A DNA stretch of 34,837 nt from a virus (taxonomy: Duplodnaviria; Caudoviricetes): positions 1 through 34,837 of the IMG/VR virus record IMGVR_UViG_3300023175_000120; one strand, written 5' to 3'. The position numbers and the translations under genes are program-made. The notes under the pieces were generated by a model that worked only from the letters and a program-made list of their open reading frames with translations, was not told where the DNA came from and made no database searches. Below, in pieces: positions 17,920-29,460 of this stretch (its first letter is position 1; every line of letters begins with the position of its first letter).

Positions 17920-20900
17920 ATGGCAAAAAAATTAGTTCAATCATATTACACATATACTGCATCTACGAATGTTTTAGTTGTAGACCAATTTGTAAAATTA
18001 GAAGAATTACTTGTTATTACTAATTTGACTAGAGGTCAAATAGTTTATAATTTTGCAAGTGCATCAAAAGGTGCATCAGTTAGTTTTGATACAACTACTG
18101 AAAAAACTTCTATAACTTTAGACTTTACAGCCACAGGTGCAGCTGATTCTGACAAGTTTCAAATCTTTATTGATGTACCAGAACAAGTTATAGATATTTC
18201 AGATTCTTTATTAGACCCTGTTCATAAATTAAGAGTTGCAAATCCTCAAAACTTAATTGATACTGACTTTGAATATGGACTTCAACCAACAAAGTGGGAA
18301 ACAGTAGAATTATCAAATAACATACCCTCTTTTTATACTGATGATGGTGATGGTTATATTGGAGGTATTCAATCAGTAACTTCAACTAGTGGAACTAGTG
18401 AAATTGTTATCACAACATTAGGAGAACATGGTCTTACTGTTGGTAATCCTATTGATGTTAGAGGTTTATCATCTAGAACAGCAGAAGGTAAATTCTTAAT
18501 TAAAATTGTAACTGATACTACAATCACTTATCAAGCATCTGCAAATCAAACAGTTACTGGAGATATTTCTGGTGTGTATACAACAGTAGCGCCTGGAAGT
18601 TTCTTTCAATCATCACAAATTACATATACTGCTACAACAGGAATTACTTCAGATTCTGCTGTTCCAAGTGATATAACAGTTACTACAGAAAACCCACATG
18701 GATTTCAAGTAGATTCTAATTTTTATTTGACAAATACTGTTGCAAATAAAATTGTTACAATAGATTCAGGTACATCTACATCATCTACAGCTTCAGATAA
18801 TTTTGAAGTAGTAGAACCAGATAATACAATTGCATTTTCAAGTTCGTTAGATTTAACACAAACTGAAACAAAAGAATATATTCCTGCATATCATACAAAA
18901 ATAGTTGCGAGTGATGTTAATATAGTTGCTAATTCTATTACTTGGACTGCACACAATTTAAGAGATGATGACTGTTTATTATATGTAAAACCATCTGGTG
19001 ATACTCGTATAGGTGGTTTAGATAGTATGGGAATTTATTATGTTATAGTTGTTGATGCAAACACTATTCAACTTTCTGCAACTTATAATGGAAGTGCTAT
19101 TGCACTTTCTTCTACTGGAACATATACTTATGGTAGAGGTGTATTAGGACTGGTTTATGAGTGTGTACAATTTTATCAACAAGGCCCTAACAGACGCACA
19201 TATGTAAGAACACGAGCATATTATAATAGTGATAATACAGGTTCTGGTTGGGATTTACAAGTAATAGAATCTGGTAATACTTATAGAGGTAAAGCAAATG
19301 TATCAAGCTCATCTTCCCACGCAAAAACTATTTTTATGAGTCCAACAAATACTGATTTAAATGTAAGAAATCCTTATGGTAACATTGGTGGTAGTGGAGC
19401 CGCATATTATAGTACATCATGGAACGCAAATGTAGCAAACCCTGACAACAGTACAACACCATCTACATACAACTTTATTGAAGATTTTGGTGCTTATGAT
19501 AATAATAATTATAATAATGCAAATTCAAATCGTTCTGGATATGTTACTGGTTCTCTAGGTGAGATTTATGTTTATACAAATGTTTATTATTTTAATACAG
19601 TTACTAACACTAATACTAGCCTTCCAGCATTTTGGATACCATTAATAAGAGACCCTGAATTCGATACTCTTTTTGTTCAGAATCATGGATTATCAACTGG
19701 ACAAACTGCAACACTTACAACAAATTCTGGAACTGATATTGTTCATCAAACTTCTGATGTTGGTACTACAACATTAACTAGTCCTGCAAGTGTAACTATA
19801 TCAAAAGTAACTGACGATAGATTTAGATTGAATGATGGTAGTAAAGATTTAAGAATTCGTGATGTAACAGGAACATACACTCTTTCTGGTAATAAAGACA
19901 ATACTTTAAAAAATAGTTTTTTTGTTGCTAATCATGATTTAACTTCAGGTCAAAGAGTAACACTTGACACGCCAGGTTCTGGAGTATTACCAACAACAGC
20001 AGATACAGAAGTCACGATTGACGGTGATGTTTCTACTGCAGCCGCATTTGATATTATAAATGATTACATAACAAATAATACTCCTAATAGTGTTACACCA
20101 GTTTCATATGCTGTTCCTACTCTCGAACAAATGACAAGTAGTAGAATGGTTATGCCTCCACAAACTACAAATGCAGCTCAAAATGGTGCAGCTTTTACAG
20201 CTACTCAAACTTTTGCTGATTATATTAATAGTGCAACTGCTAATAGCACTCAATCTTTTTCTTTTGAACCAGATAAGATGTCAATATCTGGTGGTTATCA
20301 ACCTCTTGCAAATAATAATAGTCATGCGAATAAATTACTTACTGTTGTAGGTACAGATTTAGTAAATAATGCAACTGTTCCATATTATCTTTATGTTATA
20401 GGTGCTAATTATGGGTCTTTTGTAAATACCTCAAATGGTGTTGCTTTTAGAACATATAGTCCTTATGTAACATGGTCAAGTCCTGATCCAAGTGCAAGTT
20501 TAAACTTTACCGATCAATTAAATAATTATACTTCTACTAATAATAATTGGTATTGGAGTGTTTCTTGTCATAATCTTCAAACTTCTGACAATGATTTATT
20601 GTCATTGCATTTTATGATACGACCACAATACTTAACTAATAATAATGTTTCTCTGAATCAGTCAAGATATTTTAGCACCTCGCAAAACAGACAATATAAT
20701 CAAGATAATGGTAGCATAAAATATAGTGGTGACATAAATGGTGGATTACTTCTTTTATATGATGATGCACAAACAATATCTCAAGCACAAGTTGTATCTT
20801 GGATGGAAGGTATGGTAGATGCTTTAGATGCAAATTGGAGAACACCTGCATTAAATGAAACTGATTTATTTACTGTTAGTAATTTATCAGCAAACAGATT

Positions 20901-23508
20901 TTCATTATCAAAAAATGGTGTTCCAGTTGATTTAACAAATAACGGAACATCACCAATTACATTTACAACAGAATCAACTGGTGGTATTGCTGATGGTGCA
21001 TATACAGCTGATGCTGTAACTTCAACTACTTTTACATTACCAAGTGGTTCTCAAATTACTCCAGTTACATATGATTTCGATAGTACAACTATTGATACAT
21101 CTACAGATTCAATAGTATTTACATCTTCAGTACATTATCAGACAGGTTCTGCTGTTGAGTATAATAATAATGGAAATTCAGATATTACAGGATTAGTAGA
21201 TGGTTATACTTACTATACAATTCCTGTTAGTGACAAATATATTAAACTTGCATCAAGTTTACTTAATGCACAAGACGGTACTGCAATAGATTTAACAGCA
21301 ACAGGTACTGGAACTCATCAATTGATATCACAACAAATTTCAGGATTTGTATCAACAGCTGGAACTTGTAATATTGTAGCAGATGAAAAAACTGTTGTTG
21401 GAACAAATACACTCTTTAAGAGATATTTTAAAGTTGGTGACAATATAACATTTTTATTAGGTTCAACACCAGGCGAATACTTTACAACAACAATTACTGC
21501 GATTGCAAATGACACACAATTAGAAATAGAAACTGCATCAAGTGTTGCAGATGCAACTGCAAAAGCATTTACAACAACAAAAGTTTATGCAAGACCAGAT
21601 GGTTATGCAGTTCATAGACCATATGATGGTGGTGTTGAGATTGCAGCTGGTACTGCACCATATTCACAAATTATTAGACAAACTCGTAAATATTTTAGAT
21701 ATCAATCTGGTAAGGGTATTCAAACATCTTTAGCACTCAACTTCAATCCACCAGTAGTTTTACAGTCATTAACATCAAGTTCTACAACTGCAACTGGTGT
21801 AACTAGATATCCTCATAGATTATCTACTGGACAAAGTCTTAAAATAAAAGATGCTTCAGATACAGTTTACAATGGTACTTTTGATATTACAAAAGTTGAT
21901 GAGTTTACATTTACATACACATTACCAAGTACACCCACTACAACAACTCCAACAGGTGTTATAAAATATAATGTTAATGGATATTCAGGTGCAGCTATTC
22001 GTTCTGGTATGTTTGATCAACAGAATGGATTCTTTTTTGAATATGATGGCTCCACTTTATATGCAGTTCGTAGATCATCAACAACACAATTATCAGGAAC
22101 AGTTGCTGTAACAAAATATTCAAATAAAGTAGTTGGAACAGACACAAACTTTACTGGTCAACTTACTGCTGGAGATTTTATTGTTATTCGTGGATTATCA
22201 TTTAGAGTAACAAGTATAAACAGTAATACTATATTATACATACAACCTGAATATATTGGTGAATCTGGAACAGATGTTATTTTAACAAAGACAGAAGATT
22301 TAAAAGTTCCACAAACAGAATGGAATCTTGATAAAGCAGATGGACAAGGACAATACGGATTTAATCTTGATATTGATAAAATACAAATGGCATACATGGA
22401 TTATTCATGGTATGGTGCTGGTAAGATTCGTTTTGGATTTAAAGACATAAGAGGTCATGTAAGATATTGTCATGAATTTTTACATAATAACAGATTAGAT
22501 GAAGCATATATGCGTTCTGGTAACTTGCCTGGTAAGTATGAAATTATAAATGGTGCGAATCCAACATATGCACCTACATTGTTCCATTGGGGTACATCTA
22601 TAATTATGGATGGTAGGTTTGATGAAGATGAAGCATATCTATTTACTGCAACTTCAGATAATTTATCATTTTCTGCTGGTCAGTCAAATACATCAACAAC
22701 TAATGCAAACTCAACTATAAGAGCAAGATACTTTGGTAAGAATTCTGCCAACTATTATTTACAATTAAAGTTTCCTAGTGGTGATGCAAGTAAATTTAGT
22801 GTTGGTGCAGTTTTAACATCAGCAACTAATGCGTTAGGTGCTTATGAAGGTTATACAGTAAATTCTACTTTCTATTCTGGTTCAAGTTTTGTTGTAGAAA
22901 TATATTTAGGATTTGGTTATAGTACACCAAGTATTAGTGTTGCATCTGGTACTGCAATTACTATTGGTGGTAGTGATGCAGAAGATGATGTTGATTTAGG
23001 TATTGACTTAATACCTTTAGTATCTTTAAGATTATCACCATCAGTTGATAGTAACTTGCCTGGAAATTTAGGTCAAAGAGATATTATCAATCGTATGCAA
23101 TTGAAACTAAACGAAGTTGGTGTTATTCTCTCACACGACTGTGAGGTCGTATTGATTTTAAATGGTAACTTGAGTAATACAAATTATATACAAGTAGGTT
23201 CACCTTCACTTTCACAATTAATAAAACACCAAATAGGTGAAGTGATTGATGGTGGTGCAGAAGTATTTTCATTTAGAGCAGCTGGTGGTACAGCTGATAG
23301 TAATGGTGTTAACAACTCAAACGCATCAAACTTTACACTACAACAAGTAATTGACTTGGGTAATGCAATTCTTGGTGGTGATGGAACATTCCCTAACGGC
23401 CCAGATGTGTTAAGTGTTGCAGTTCGTATTTTAGATACTACAACAGTTAGTGCTACAAATCCGTTTAATGCTTCAGGTCGTATTACATGGTCAGAATCAC
23501 AAGCATAA
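17920..23508 (+). CDS. Large virion structural protein
   Basis: 1862 aa; KLRV.NPQNLIDTDFEYGLQPTKWE, RQTRKYFRYQSGKGIQ, QMAYMDYSWYGAGKIRFG, ends ITWSESQA; repeated H.L..G..V modules; type seen in marine T4-like phages. Confidence 0.75.
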   Translation: MAKKLVQSYYTYTASTNVLVVDQFVKLEELLVITNLTRGQIVYNFASASKGASVSFDTTTEKTSITLDFTATGAADSDKFQIFIDVPEQVIDISDSLLDPVHKLRVANPQNLIDTDFEYGLQPTKWETVELSNNIPSFYTDDGDGYIGGIQSVTSTSGTSEIVITTLGEHGLTVGNPIDVRGLSSRTAEGKFLIKIVTDTTITYQASANQTVTGDISGVYTTVAPGSFFQSSQITYTATTGITSDSAVPSDITVTTENPHGFQVDSNFYLTNTVANKIVTIDSGTSTSSTASDNFEVVEPDNTIAFSSSLDLTQTETKEYIPAYHTKIVASDVNIVANSITWTAHNLRDDDCLLYVKPSGDTRIGGLDSMGIYYVIVVDANTIQLSATYNGSAIALSSTGTYTYGRGVLGLVYECVQFYQQGPNRRTYVRTRAYYNSDNTGSGWDLQVIESGNTYRGKANVSSSSSHAKTIFMSPTNTDLNVRNPYGNIGGSGAAYYSTSWNANVANPDNSTTPSTYNFIEDFGAYDNNNYNNANSNRSGYVTGSLGEIYVYTNVYYFNTVTNTNTSLPAFWIPLIRDPEFDTLFVQNHGLSTGQTATLTTNSGTDIVHQTSDVGTTTLTSPASVTISKVTDDRFRLNDGSKDLRIRDVTGTYTLSGNKDNTLKNSFFVANHDLTSGQRVTLDTPGSGVLPTTADTEVTIDGDVSTAAAFDIINDYITNNTPNSVTPVSYAVPTLEQMTSSRMVMPPQTTNAAQNGAAFTATQTFADYINSATANSTQSFSFEPDKMSISGGYQPLANNNSHANKLLTVVGTDLVNNATVPYYLYVIGANYGSFVNTSNGVAFRTYSPYVTWSSPDPSASLNFTDQLNNYTSTNNNWYWSVSCHNLQTSDNDLLSLHFMIRPQYLTNNNVSLNQSRYFSTSQNRQYNQDNGSIKYSGDINGGLLLLYDDAQTISQAQVVSWMEGMVDALDANWRTPALNETDLFTVSNLSANRFSLSKNGVPVDLTNNGTSPITFTTESTGGIADGAYTADAVTSTTFTLPSGSQITPVTYDFDSTTIDTSTDSIVFTSSVHYQTGSAVEYNNNGNSDITGLVDGYTYYTIPVSDKYIKLASSLLNAQDGTAIDLTATGTGTHQLISQQISGFVSTAGTCNIVADEKTVVGTNTLFKRYFKVGDNITFLLGSTPGEYFTTTITAIANDTQLEIETASSVADATAKAFTTTKVYARPDGYAVHRPYDGGVEIAAGTAPYSQIIRQTRKYFRYQSGKGIQTSLALNFNPPVVLQSLTSSSTTATGVTRYPHRLSTGQSLKIKDASDTVYNGTFDITKVDEFTFTYTLPSTPTTTTPTGVIKYNVNGYSGAAIRSGMFDQQNGFFFEYDGSTLYAVRRSSTTQLSGTVAVTKYSNKVVGTDTNFTGQLTAGDFIVIRGLSFRVTSINSNTILYIQPEYIGESGTDVILTKTEDLKVPQTEWNLDKADGQGQYGFNLDIDKIQMAYMDYSWYGAGKIRFGFKDIRGHVRYCHEFLHNNRLDEAYMRSGNLPGKYEIINGANPTYAPTLFHWGTSIIMDGRFDEDEAYLFTATSDNLSFSAGQSNTSTTNANSTIRARYFGKNSANYYLQLKFPSGDASKFSVGAVLTSATNALGAYEGYTVNSTFYSGSSFVVEIYLGFGYSTPSISVASGTAITIGGSDAEDDVDLGIDLIPLVSLRLSPSVDSNLPGNLGQRDIINRMQLKLNEVGVILSHDCEVVLILNGNLSNTNYIQVGSPSLSQLIKHQIGEVIDGGAEVFSFRAAGGTADSNGVNNSNASNFTLQQVIDLGNAILGGDGTFPNGPDVLSVAVRILDTTTVSATNPFNASGRITWSESQA

Positions 23509-23526
23509 TAATTATTAGGAATATTA

Positions 23527-26500
23527 ATGGCAGAGTCTAGAAATAAAAAATTAATGAGGTCGTTGAGAAACTCGTTTCTCGACAATCAAATAGAAGAAGA
23601 TGGTGATTTAGTACCTAATATTATTTTAGATACAACACCTCAACTTGGTGGTAATCTAGACTTAAATGGTTTTAATATTACTGGTTCAGGTGCTATTGAT
23701 ATTACTGGTGCAATTAATCCAGTATATGCACAATTTGTTTATACTGCAACTGCAAATCAATCTACATTTTCTGGTGCTGATGATAATAATGCAACATTAG
23801 CTTATGTTGCTCAAAAAGTTTTAGTTTTTCAAAATGGTGTTTTACTTGCAGATACAGATGACTATACTGCAACAAACGGAACATCTATTCAATTACAATC
23901 AGGTGCATTAGTAAACGATACAATTCAAATTGTTGCATTATCTAGTTCTGGTGGTGGAGGTGGTGGTTCTGTTGATTTAAGTGCAGTTGCACAAGACATT
24001 ATACCAGATGCAGATAATACTTACGATTTAGGTTCTTCATCAAAACAATGGGCAGAATTACATTTAGCAGGTGGAACATTCTTTCTTGGTGGTGCTCGTA
24101 TGCAAACAGACCCAACAACTGGTGCGATTGCATTTATTCCTAAAGCAACTGCAAGTGTACCAAATCCAAAAGGAATTGTTTTATCACAAGATGGTAAATT
24201 AAAACCAGTAGACACTACTGGTGGTTCAGTTTCTAGTTCAGATTTTCAAGATGCAGCTAATAGTGATAATTCAACACCATCAACTGCATCATATACAAAC
24301 GCAAGTGATTTACCTTTAACTGGTGTTACTGCTGGAACAACTGCATTTGTTTCTGCAACAAATAGATTATATCTATTTACTGGAACTGGTTGGTATAACA
24401 TTGCACTTGTAAATAACAGTCCAACAATTACAACAGGTTCACCTGCTACTGTTACATTAAACACAAATGGTACTGCAACAGTATTAACTTTAGTTGCAAC
24501 AGACCCTGAAGAAGTTCCAATCACTTGGAGTTATGCAGTTACAGGTGGCAGTTTAACAAATGGTGGTGGTGCAACTGCAACAGTTACTCAATCAAACAAT
24601 GTATTTACAATAACACCAACAACTACTGAAGCTTATGCAGGAACATTTTCATTAACATTTAGTGCAAGTGATGGTGTTAACACAGCAACATCAACTGGTG
24701 TATTTACTTTAGCATTTGCATTTACTGACACAAACTTTGCAAGTGTTGTTGCATTTTATGATGGTAGTGGTGTTGCTGGTACGCATAGTAGTGCATCATT
24801 TACAGATAATAGTTCTAACAATTTTACTGTAACTTCAACTGGTACAACTAAACAAATATCGACAAGTCCATATTATCTTCCAACTGGTTATCGTTCTGTA
24901 TATTTTGACGGTAGTAATGATGATATAAGATATACATCTTCAGGAGTTATACCTCAACCTATGGAATGGTTAGATGGTGCAAGTGATTATGGTACTTACG
25001 AATTATTTGTTAAATTAGATGGTACTCAAATAACACCATCACAAACATATACTCCGGCCTCTTTTGGTTGTATTGGTGGTACATACATAAACTTTGGTGT
25101 TACAAACACAGGTGCATTAAGATATTATTGGTGGACTGGTGGTTCAAATTATGTAGATTCTACAACTACATTATCACCAAACACATGGAATCATATTGCA
25201 CTAGTAAGAGATTCTACAACTATAAAATTTTATATAAATGGTTCATTAGATGCTACAACACAAACTAATTATGCTGGCGTTTCGTGGGCAACTGGTGCTA
25301 CTGGTGAAGTTCTTTACATAGGTAGAGGTCATGCTTCAGCAGATGCTGATGGTATGTTTAAAGGTCATATTTCAAATTTAAGAAGTAGTGATATTGCAAG
25401 ATATAGTGGTTCTTCATATACAGTTCCAACATCACCATTTACTTCAGATGCAAATACATTATTATTAACTTGTAATGATTTAATAATTGCAGACAAAAGT
25501 AGCAACGCATATTCATTAACATTAAATGATATACCAAAAGTAAGAAGTTATTATCCTGATGATATAACAGGAATGACTACTGAATATCAACCTAGTTCGC
25601 AAGGTGGTTCTGCATATTTTGCCAATAGTGGTACTCAATATTTGACTGTGGGTAGTGCAGGAGATTTTGCTACTGGAACTGGTGAATTTTGTTTTGAGAT
25701 TTGGTTTAAACAAGATGTGGCATTTGCAGACTATAAAGACATCTGGAGTACATATGATGGTTCTAATGGTAATTTTGTACACACACGATCAAATCAAACT
25801 GTTATTTGGGGATCAGAAGGTACAATTCGTATCACCAGTAATGATCTAATAAAACTTAATACTTGGTATCATTTAGCAATAGTTAGAGATTCAGGTGGTG
25901 TCATTAAAATGTATCTTAATGGAAAAGCTCAAACTCAAACTTATACTCGTTCTACTGATATACCACACACAACCAATCCATTGACATTGGGTTATCTTGC
26001 TGGATTTACCAGACCTTGGGGTGGTTATTTATCAGACTTTAGATTTGTCAAAGGATCAGCAGTTTACACATCAGACTTTACACCACCAACTACACCATTG
26101 TCTGCTATCACTAATACTGAATGTTTATTAAAATTTGGTGGTTATCCTTTATTTGAAAGAACAGGAAAAGAGTATCTTACTACTTTCAATGGTAATTCAG
26201 AAATTACTGATGCAAATTATGTACATTTAAGATATGCTTCTTTTTATGATGGTAGTGGTGATTATCATACAATATCAAGTAACTCTAATCGTGCAATAGC
26301 TACTAATCAAGACTTTACTATAGAAACATGGATAAAAGTAAATGCGTTTACACAATATGGTCATTTTGCAACAACTTATAATAATGTTGGTGATGATGAA
26401 GATTATTTCTTCAGATTAAATAATACTGCACAATCATGGCAATTTCAATTAGGTTCTCAAAATTCTATAGCAGTAAATTCATCAACAAATTTAATTCAAC

Positions 26501-27429
26501 ATAAATGGCATCATCTTGCAGTTACAAGAAGTAGTGGAACAGTTTATTTGTGGCAAGATGGTGTTCAAGTTGGTTCTGCTTCTGATACACAAGCATTAAA
26601 TGATAATACAGTATATCTTGGACAAGCAATCAACGGTTATCCTTTAAATGCATATATGTCAGATTTTAGAGTTGTTGTAGGAACAGCAGTTTATACATCT
26701 GCATTTACACCACCAACTTTAGCATTAACTGCTATAAGTGGTACTCAAATGTTAATAACAAGTTCTGCATCTACTGTTGCAGATGCAAGTTCAAATGCAG
26801 CTACTGTAACTGCTAATGGTACTGTAAGTTTAACAAAAGAAGTTGACCATCATACAAACATGACATTCCCTGATGATGTTACTGGAACTTTAAAATTTAG
26901 AGGTGATACCGATTATATAACTGTTACAAATCATGAAGCGATGAATTTAAGAGATCAAGATTTTACTATTGATTTCTGGTTCAAACGAGATGCAGTTAAT
27001 AGTGGAACATATGGTGATACATTTATTTGTAATGTTACTGGTACTGGTGCAATTGCACTTGCAATCAATCCATCAGGTTATACAGGTGTATCTTATAGAA
27101 ATACAGTTAGTGGAAGTTGGACAAAAGTAGGAACAGACCCAGGCGATACATACGGTAGTGTTCAAGTTGGTTTAAATAAATGGACACATTATGCAGTTGT
27201 AAGAACAGGAACAACTGGTTATCAATTTGTCAATGGTGTTCTCGCAGAAACATTTACATTTACTGGAACTATAACTGATTGGAATGGTGGTATGCACTTT
27301 AGTCATTGGCATGATGGTTATACTAGAGGCCTTATTGGAGAAATCTTTGGATTTAGAATAACAACAGGTGTTGCAAGATATACTTCAGCGTTTAGTGTTC
27401 CAACAGAACCGCCTGGAAGAAGGAATTAA
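23527..27429 (+). CDS. Adhesin-like fibre protein with four LamG/concanavalin-A-like domains
   Basis: Four repeats of (F/Y)T.E.(W/F).K ... W.H.A.(V/T)R....(Y/F/W).(N/D)G ... GY.S(D/N)FR...G.A.Y...F..PT; Ig/cadherin-like module (PTIT...ATDPE...ITWSY) before them. Confidence 0.8.
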   Translation: MAESRNKKLMRSLRNSFLDNQIEEDGDLVPNIILDTTPQLGGNLDLNGFNITGSGAIDITGAINPVYAQFVYTATANQSTFSGADDNNATLAYVAQKVLVFQNGVLLADTDDYTATNGTSIQLQSGALVNDTIQIVALSSSGGGGGGSVDLSAVAQDIIPDADNTYDLGSSSKQWAELHLAGGTFFLGGARMQTDPTTGAIAFIPKATASVPNPKGIVLSQDGKLKPVDTTGGSVSSSDFQDAANSDNSTPSTASYTNASDLPLTGVTAGTTAFVSATNRLYLFTGTGWYNIALVNNSPTITTGSPATVTLNTNGTATVLTLVATDPEEVPITWSYAVTGGSLTNGGGATATVTQSNNVFTITPTTTEAYAGTFSLTFSASDGVNTATSTGVFTLAFAFTDTNFASVVAFYDGSGVAGTHSSASFTDNSSNNFTVTSTGTTKQISTSPYYLPTGYRSVYFDGSNDDIRYTSSGVIPQPMEWLDGASDYGTYELFVKLDGTQITPSQTYTPASFGCIGGTYINFGVTNTGALRYYWWTGGSNYVDSTTTLSPNTWNHIALVRDSTTIKFYINGSLDATTQTNYAGVSWATGATGEVLYIGRGHASADADGMFKGHISNLRSSDIARYSGSSYTVPTSPFTSDANTLLLTCNDLIIADKSSNAYSLTLNDIPKVRSYYPDDITGMTTEYQPSSQGGSAYFANSGTQYLTVGSAGDFATGTGEFCFEIWFKQDVAFADYKDIWSTYDGSNGNFVHTRSNQTVIWGSEGTIRITSNDLIKLNTWYHLAIVRDSGGVIKMYLNGKAQTQTYTRSTDIPHTTNPLTLGYLAGFTRPWGGYLSDFRFVKGSAVYTSDFTPPTTPLSAITNTECLLKFGGYPLFERTGKEYLTTFNGNSEITDANYVHLRYASFYDGSGDYHTISSNSNRAIATNQDFTIETWIKVNAFTQYGHFATTYNNVGDDEDYFFRLNNTAQSWQFQLGSQNSIAVNSSTNLIQHKWHHLAVTRSSGTVYLWQDGVQVGSASDTQALNDNTVYLGQAINGYPLNAYMSDFRVVVGTAVYTSAFTPPTLALTAISGTQMLITSSASTVADASSNAATVTANGTVSLTKEVDHHTNMTFPDDVTGTLKFRGDTDYITVTNHEAMNLRDQDFTIDFWFKRDAVNSGTYGDTFICNVTGTGAIALAINPSGYTGVSYRNTVSGSWTKVGTDPGDTYGSVQVGLNKWTHYAVVRTGTTGYQFVNGVLAETFTFTGTITDWNGGMHFSHWHDGYTRGLIGEIFGFRITTGVARYTSAFSVPTEPPGRRN
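23628..23660 (+). repeat. Dispersed 33-bp identical repeat (second copy 27537-27569)
   Basis: agatacaacacctcaacttggtggtaatctaga (DTTPQLGGNLD). Confidence 0.9.
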
Positions 27430-27432
27430 TAA

Positions 27433-29442
27433 ATGGCAGAAACAAGAAATAAAAATATAGTAAAAGCTATAAGTAATGCATTAGTTCTAGGAGAGATAGA
27501 CACTACTGGTAATATTGCTGGTGGTGATTTAGATGCAGATACAACACCTCAACTTGGTGGTAATCTAGATATTAATGGTAACGATATTATTTCTCTTGCT
27601 GGTGCGAACATTGATATCTTACCACATACTTCAGGTAAGATAAATTTAGATGGTGATGGAAGTACAAGTGGTGTTAGTGTAACAGATGGTCTTATTGAAA
27701 TGCGAACATCTACTGGTAGTGTTGCGGCTATTGATATGTATTGTGAAGTTAGTAATGCACACAAAGTTACAATTAAACCACCACCTCATGCAGATTATAG
27801 TGGTAATGTAACTTTTCAACTTCCATCAAGTAATGGTACTAGTGGTTATCTTTTACAAACAGATGGTAATGGTGTAACAAGTTGGGCAGCTGCTGGTGTT
27901 ACTGGATTTGATTCTGCCGATAATACATCATCACCTAACAATACTATAAATGCAGCTTCTCTTACAGTAAATTCATCATCAACAGATGCAGATTTTGTTA
28001 TTGAACCAAAAGGTGCTGGTGCGATTTTATCTCACATACCTGGCGGTGATGCCGCTACTGGTAATAAACGAGGTGCATTTGCAATAGATTTACAACTCAA
28101 TAGAACAGATGGTACTCCTGCGGCTGGAAATGTTCCATCAGCATATGGTGCTACTATTATTGCTGGTTATGATAATAAAATAGCTGCTAGTGGTTCTGGA
28201 ACAGACAATTCTAATAGTGCAACTGTTAGTAGAGGTGCAATAATCGCTTCTACTGGTAGTACAGTTACAAGTGCTTCATCAGGTACTCAATATCAAATAA
28301 AAGAAGCTATAATAATTGGTTCAAAAGATAGTAGTCTTACATCAACTGGTGCAACATCTTATCAATCTATAATAGCAGGTGGTTCAGTTCATACGATTAA
28401 TGGTCACGATAGAGGTGGAATTTTCTCTGGTAGACAAAACACTCTAGGTAATGGTGATTATAGTACCATAGTAGGTGGTTATTTACACAATGTTAATGGT
28501 AGTTATAATAACGCCACAGCTGGTTATGACCATCAAATAGATTCTACAGCCATTTACTCATCCATAAATGCTGGTTATTTCAATGAAATAGAAGGTGATT
28601 ATACTTTCATAGGTGGTGGATATTCTCACTTTATTGATGACGGTTGTCAATATGGTGCAATAGTTGGTGGTTATAATCATACTTTAGACGGCGATTATGC
28701 TGGAATGTTTGCTGGTAGAGATAACGCTATGACATCTACTAATTCTCAATATAGTGTAATATTAGGTGGTTATGCATTATCAATAGCAGGAAATTATTCA
28801 GCTATACTTTCTGGTGTTTTAAGTGAAGTTACTGGTAATCAAGCAGCAATTGTTGGTGGTTATGACAATCATGTTTCTGACCATTACTCTGTTGTTATTG
28901 GTGGTAGAGATAACGATATAGATGGCCAAGGTTCTGTTGCTCTTGGTGGACATCATGGTTATGATCATGGAAAAAATGCTAGTGTTATAATGCCTGCTGG
29001 TATTTTTGATAATTCTTGGGATGATGGTGAAGCACAACAAAAATACAATACTGTAGCACATGAAACAACTGATGCAACACAAACTGCATTAAATACTCAC
29101 GCTGGTGATCTTACCGTTGGCAGTTCTTATTTTGCAGGTTCTTTAAATTCAAACGGCGCTTCTTTATTCAAAATAACTCTTATTGCAAATGTAACAGGTG
29201 GTGGTGATACAAAAGCATGGACATTTGAAGGTGTTTTTAAAAAAGGTTCTTTAGCTTCTTCTGTTGCATTTGTAGGAACACCTGTAAAAAATGTCATAGC
29301 ATCAGATACAGGTGCATCATCTTGGGATGCTGATGTTCAAGTAAATACTACTTATGGTGGTGTAGAAGTGGCTTGCACAGGTGCGGCTTCGACAACAATT
29401 CGTTGGGTTGCTCAAATATCACAGACACAAGTTGCATTTTAA
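27433..29442 (+). CDS. Fibre/spike protein with Gly-rich ~15-aa beta-solenoid repeats
   Basis: N-terminus related to 23527; a dozen or more repeats of (Y)S.I.(G/A)G..(N/H)...G, like trimeric adhesin beta-rolls. Confidence 0.7.
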   Translation: MAETRNKNIVKAISNALVLGEIDTTGNIAGGDLDADTTPQLGGNLDINGNDIISLAGANIDILPHTSGKINLDGDGSTSGVSVTDGLIEMRTSTGSVAAIDMYCEVSNAHKVTIKPPPHADYSGNVTFQLPSSNGTSGYLLQTDGNGVTSWAAAGVTGFDSADNTSSPNNTINAASLTVNSSSTDADFVIEPKGAGAILSHIPGGDAATGNKRGAFAIDLQLNRTDGTPAAGNVPSAYGATIIAGYDNKIAASGSGTDNSNSATVSRGAIIASTGSTVTSASSGTQYQIKEAIIIGSKDSSLTSTGATSYQSIIAGGSVHTINGHDRGGIFSGRQNTLGNGDYSTIVGGYLHNVNGSYNNATAGYDHQIDSTAIYSSINAGYFNEIEGDYTFIGGGYSHFIDDGCQYGAIVGGYNHTLDGDYAGMFAGRDNAMTSTNSQYSVILGGYALSIAGNYSAILSGVLSEVTGNQAAIVGGYDNHVSDHYSVVIGGRDNDIDGQGSVALGGHHGYDHGKNASVIMPAGIFDNSWDDGEAQQKYNTVAHETTDATQTALNTHAGDLTVGSSYFAGSLNSNGASLFKITLIANVTGGGDTKAWTFEGVFKKGSLASSVAFVGTPVKNVIASDTGASSWDADVQVNTTYGGVEVACTGAASTTIRWVAQISQTQVAF

Positions 29443-29460
29443 TTAAAAGGAAAATAAATA

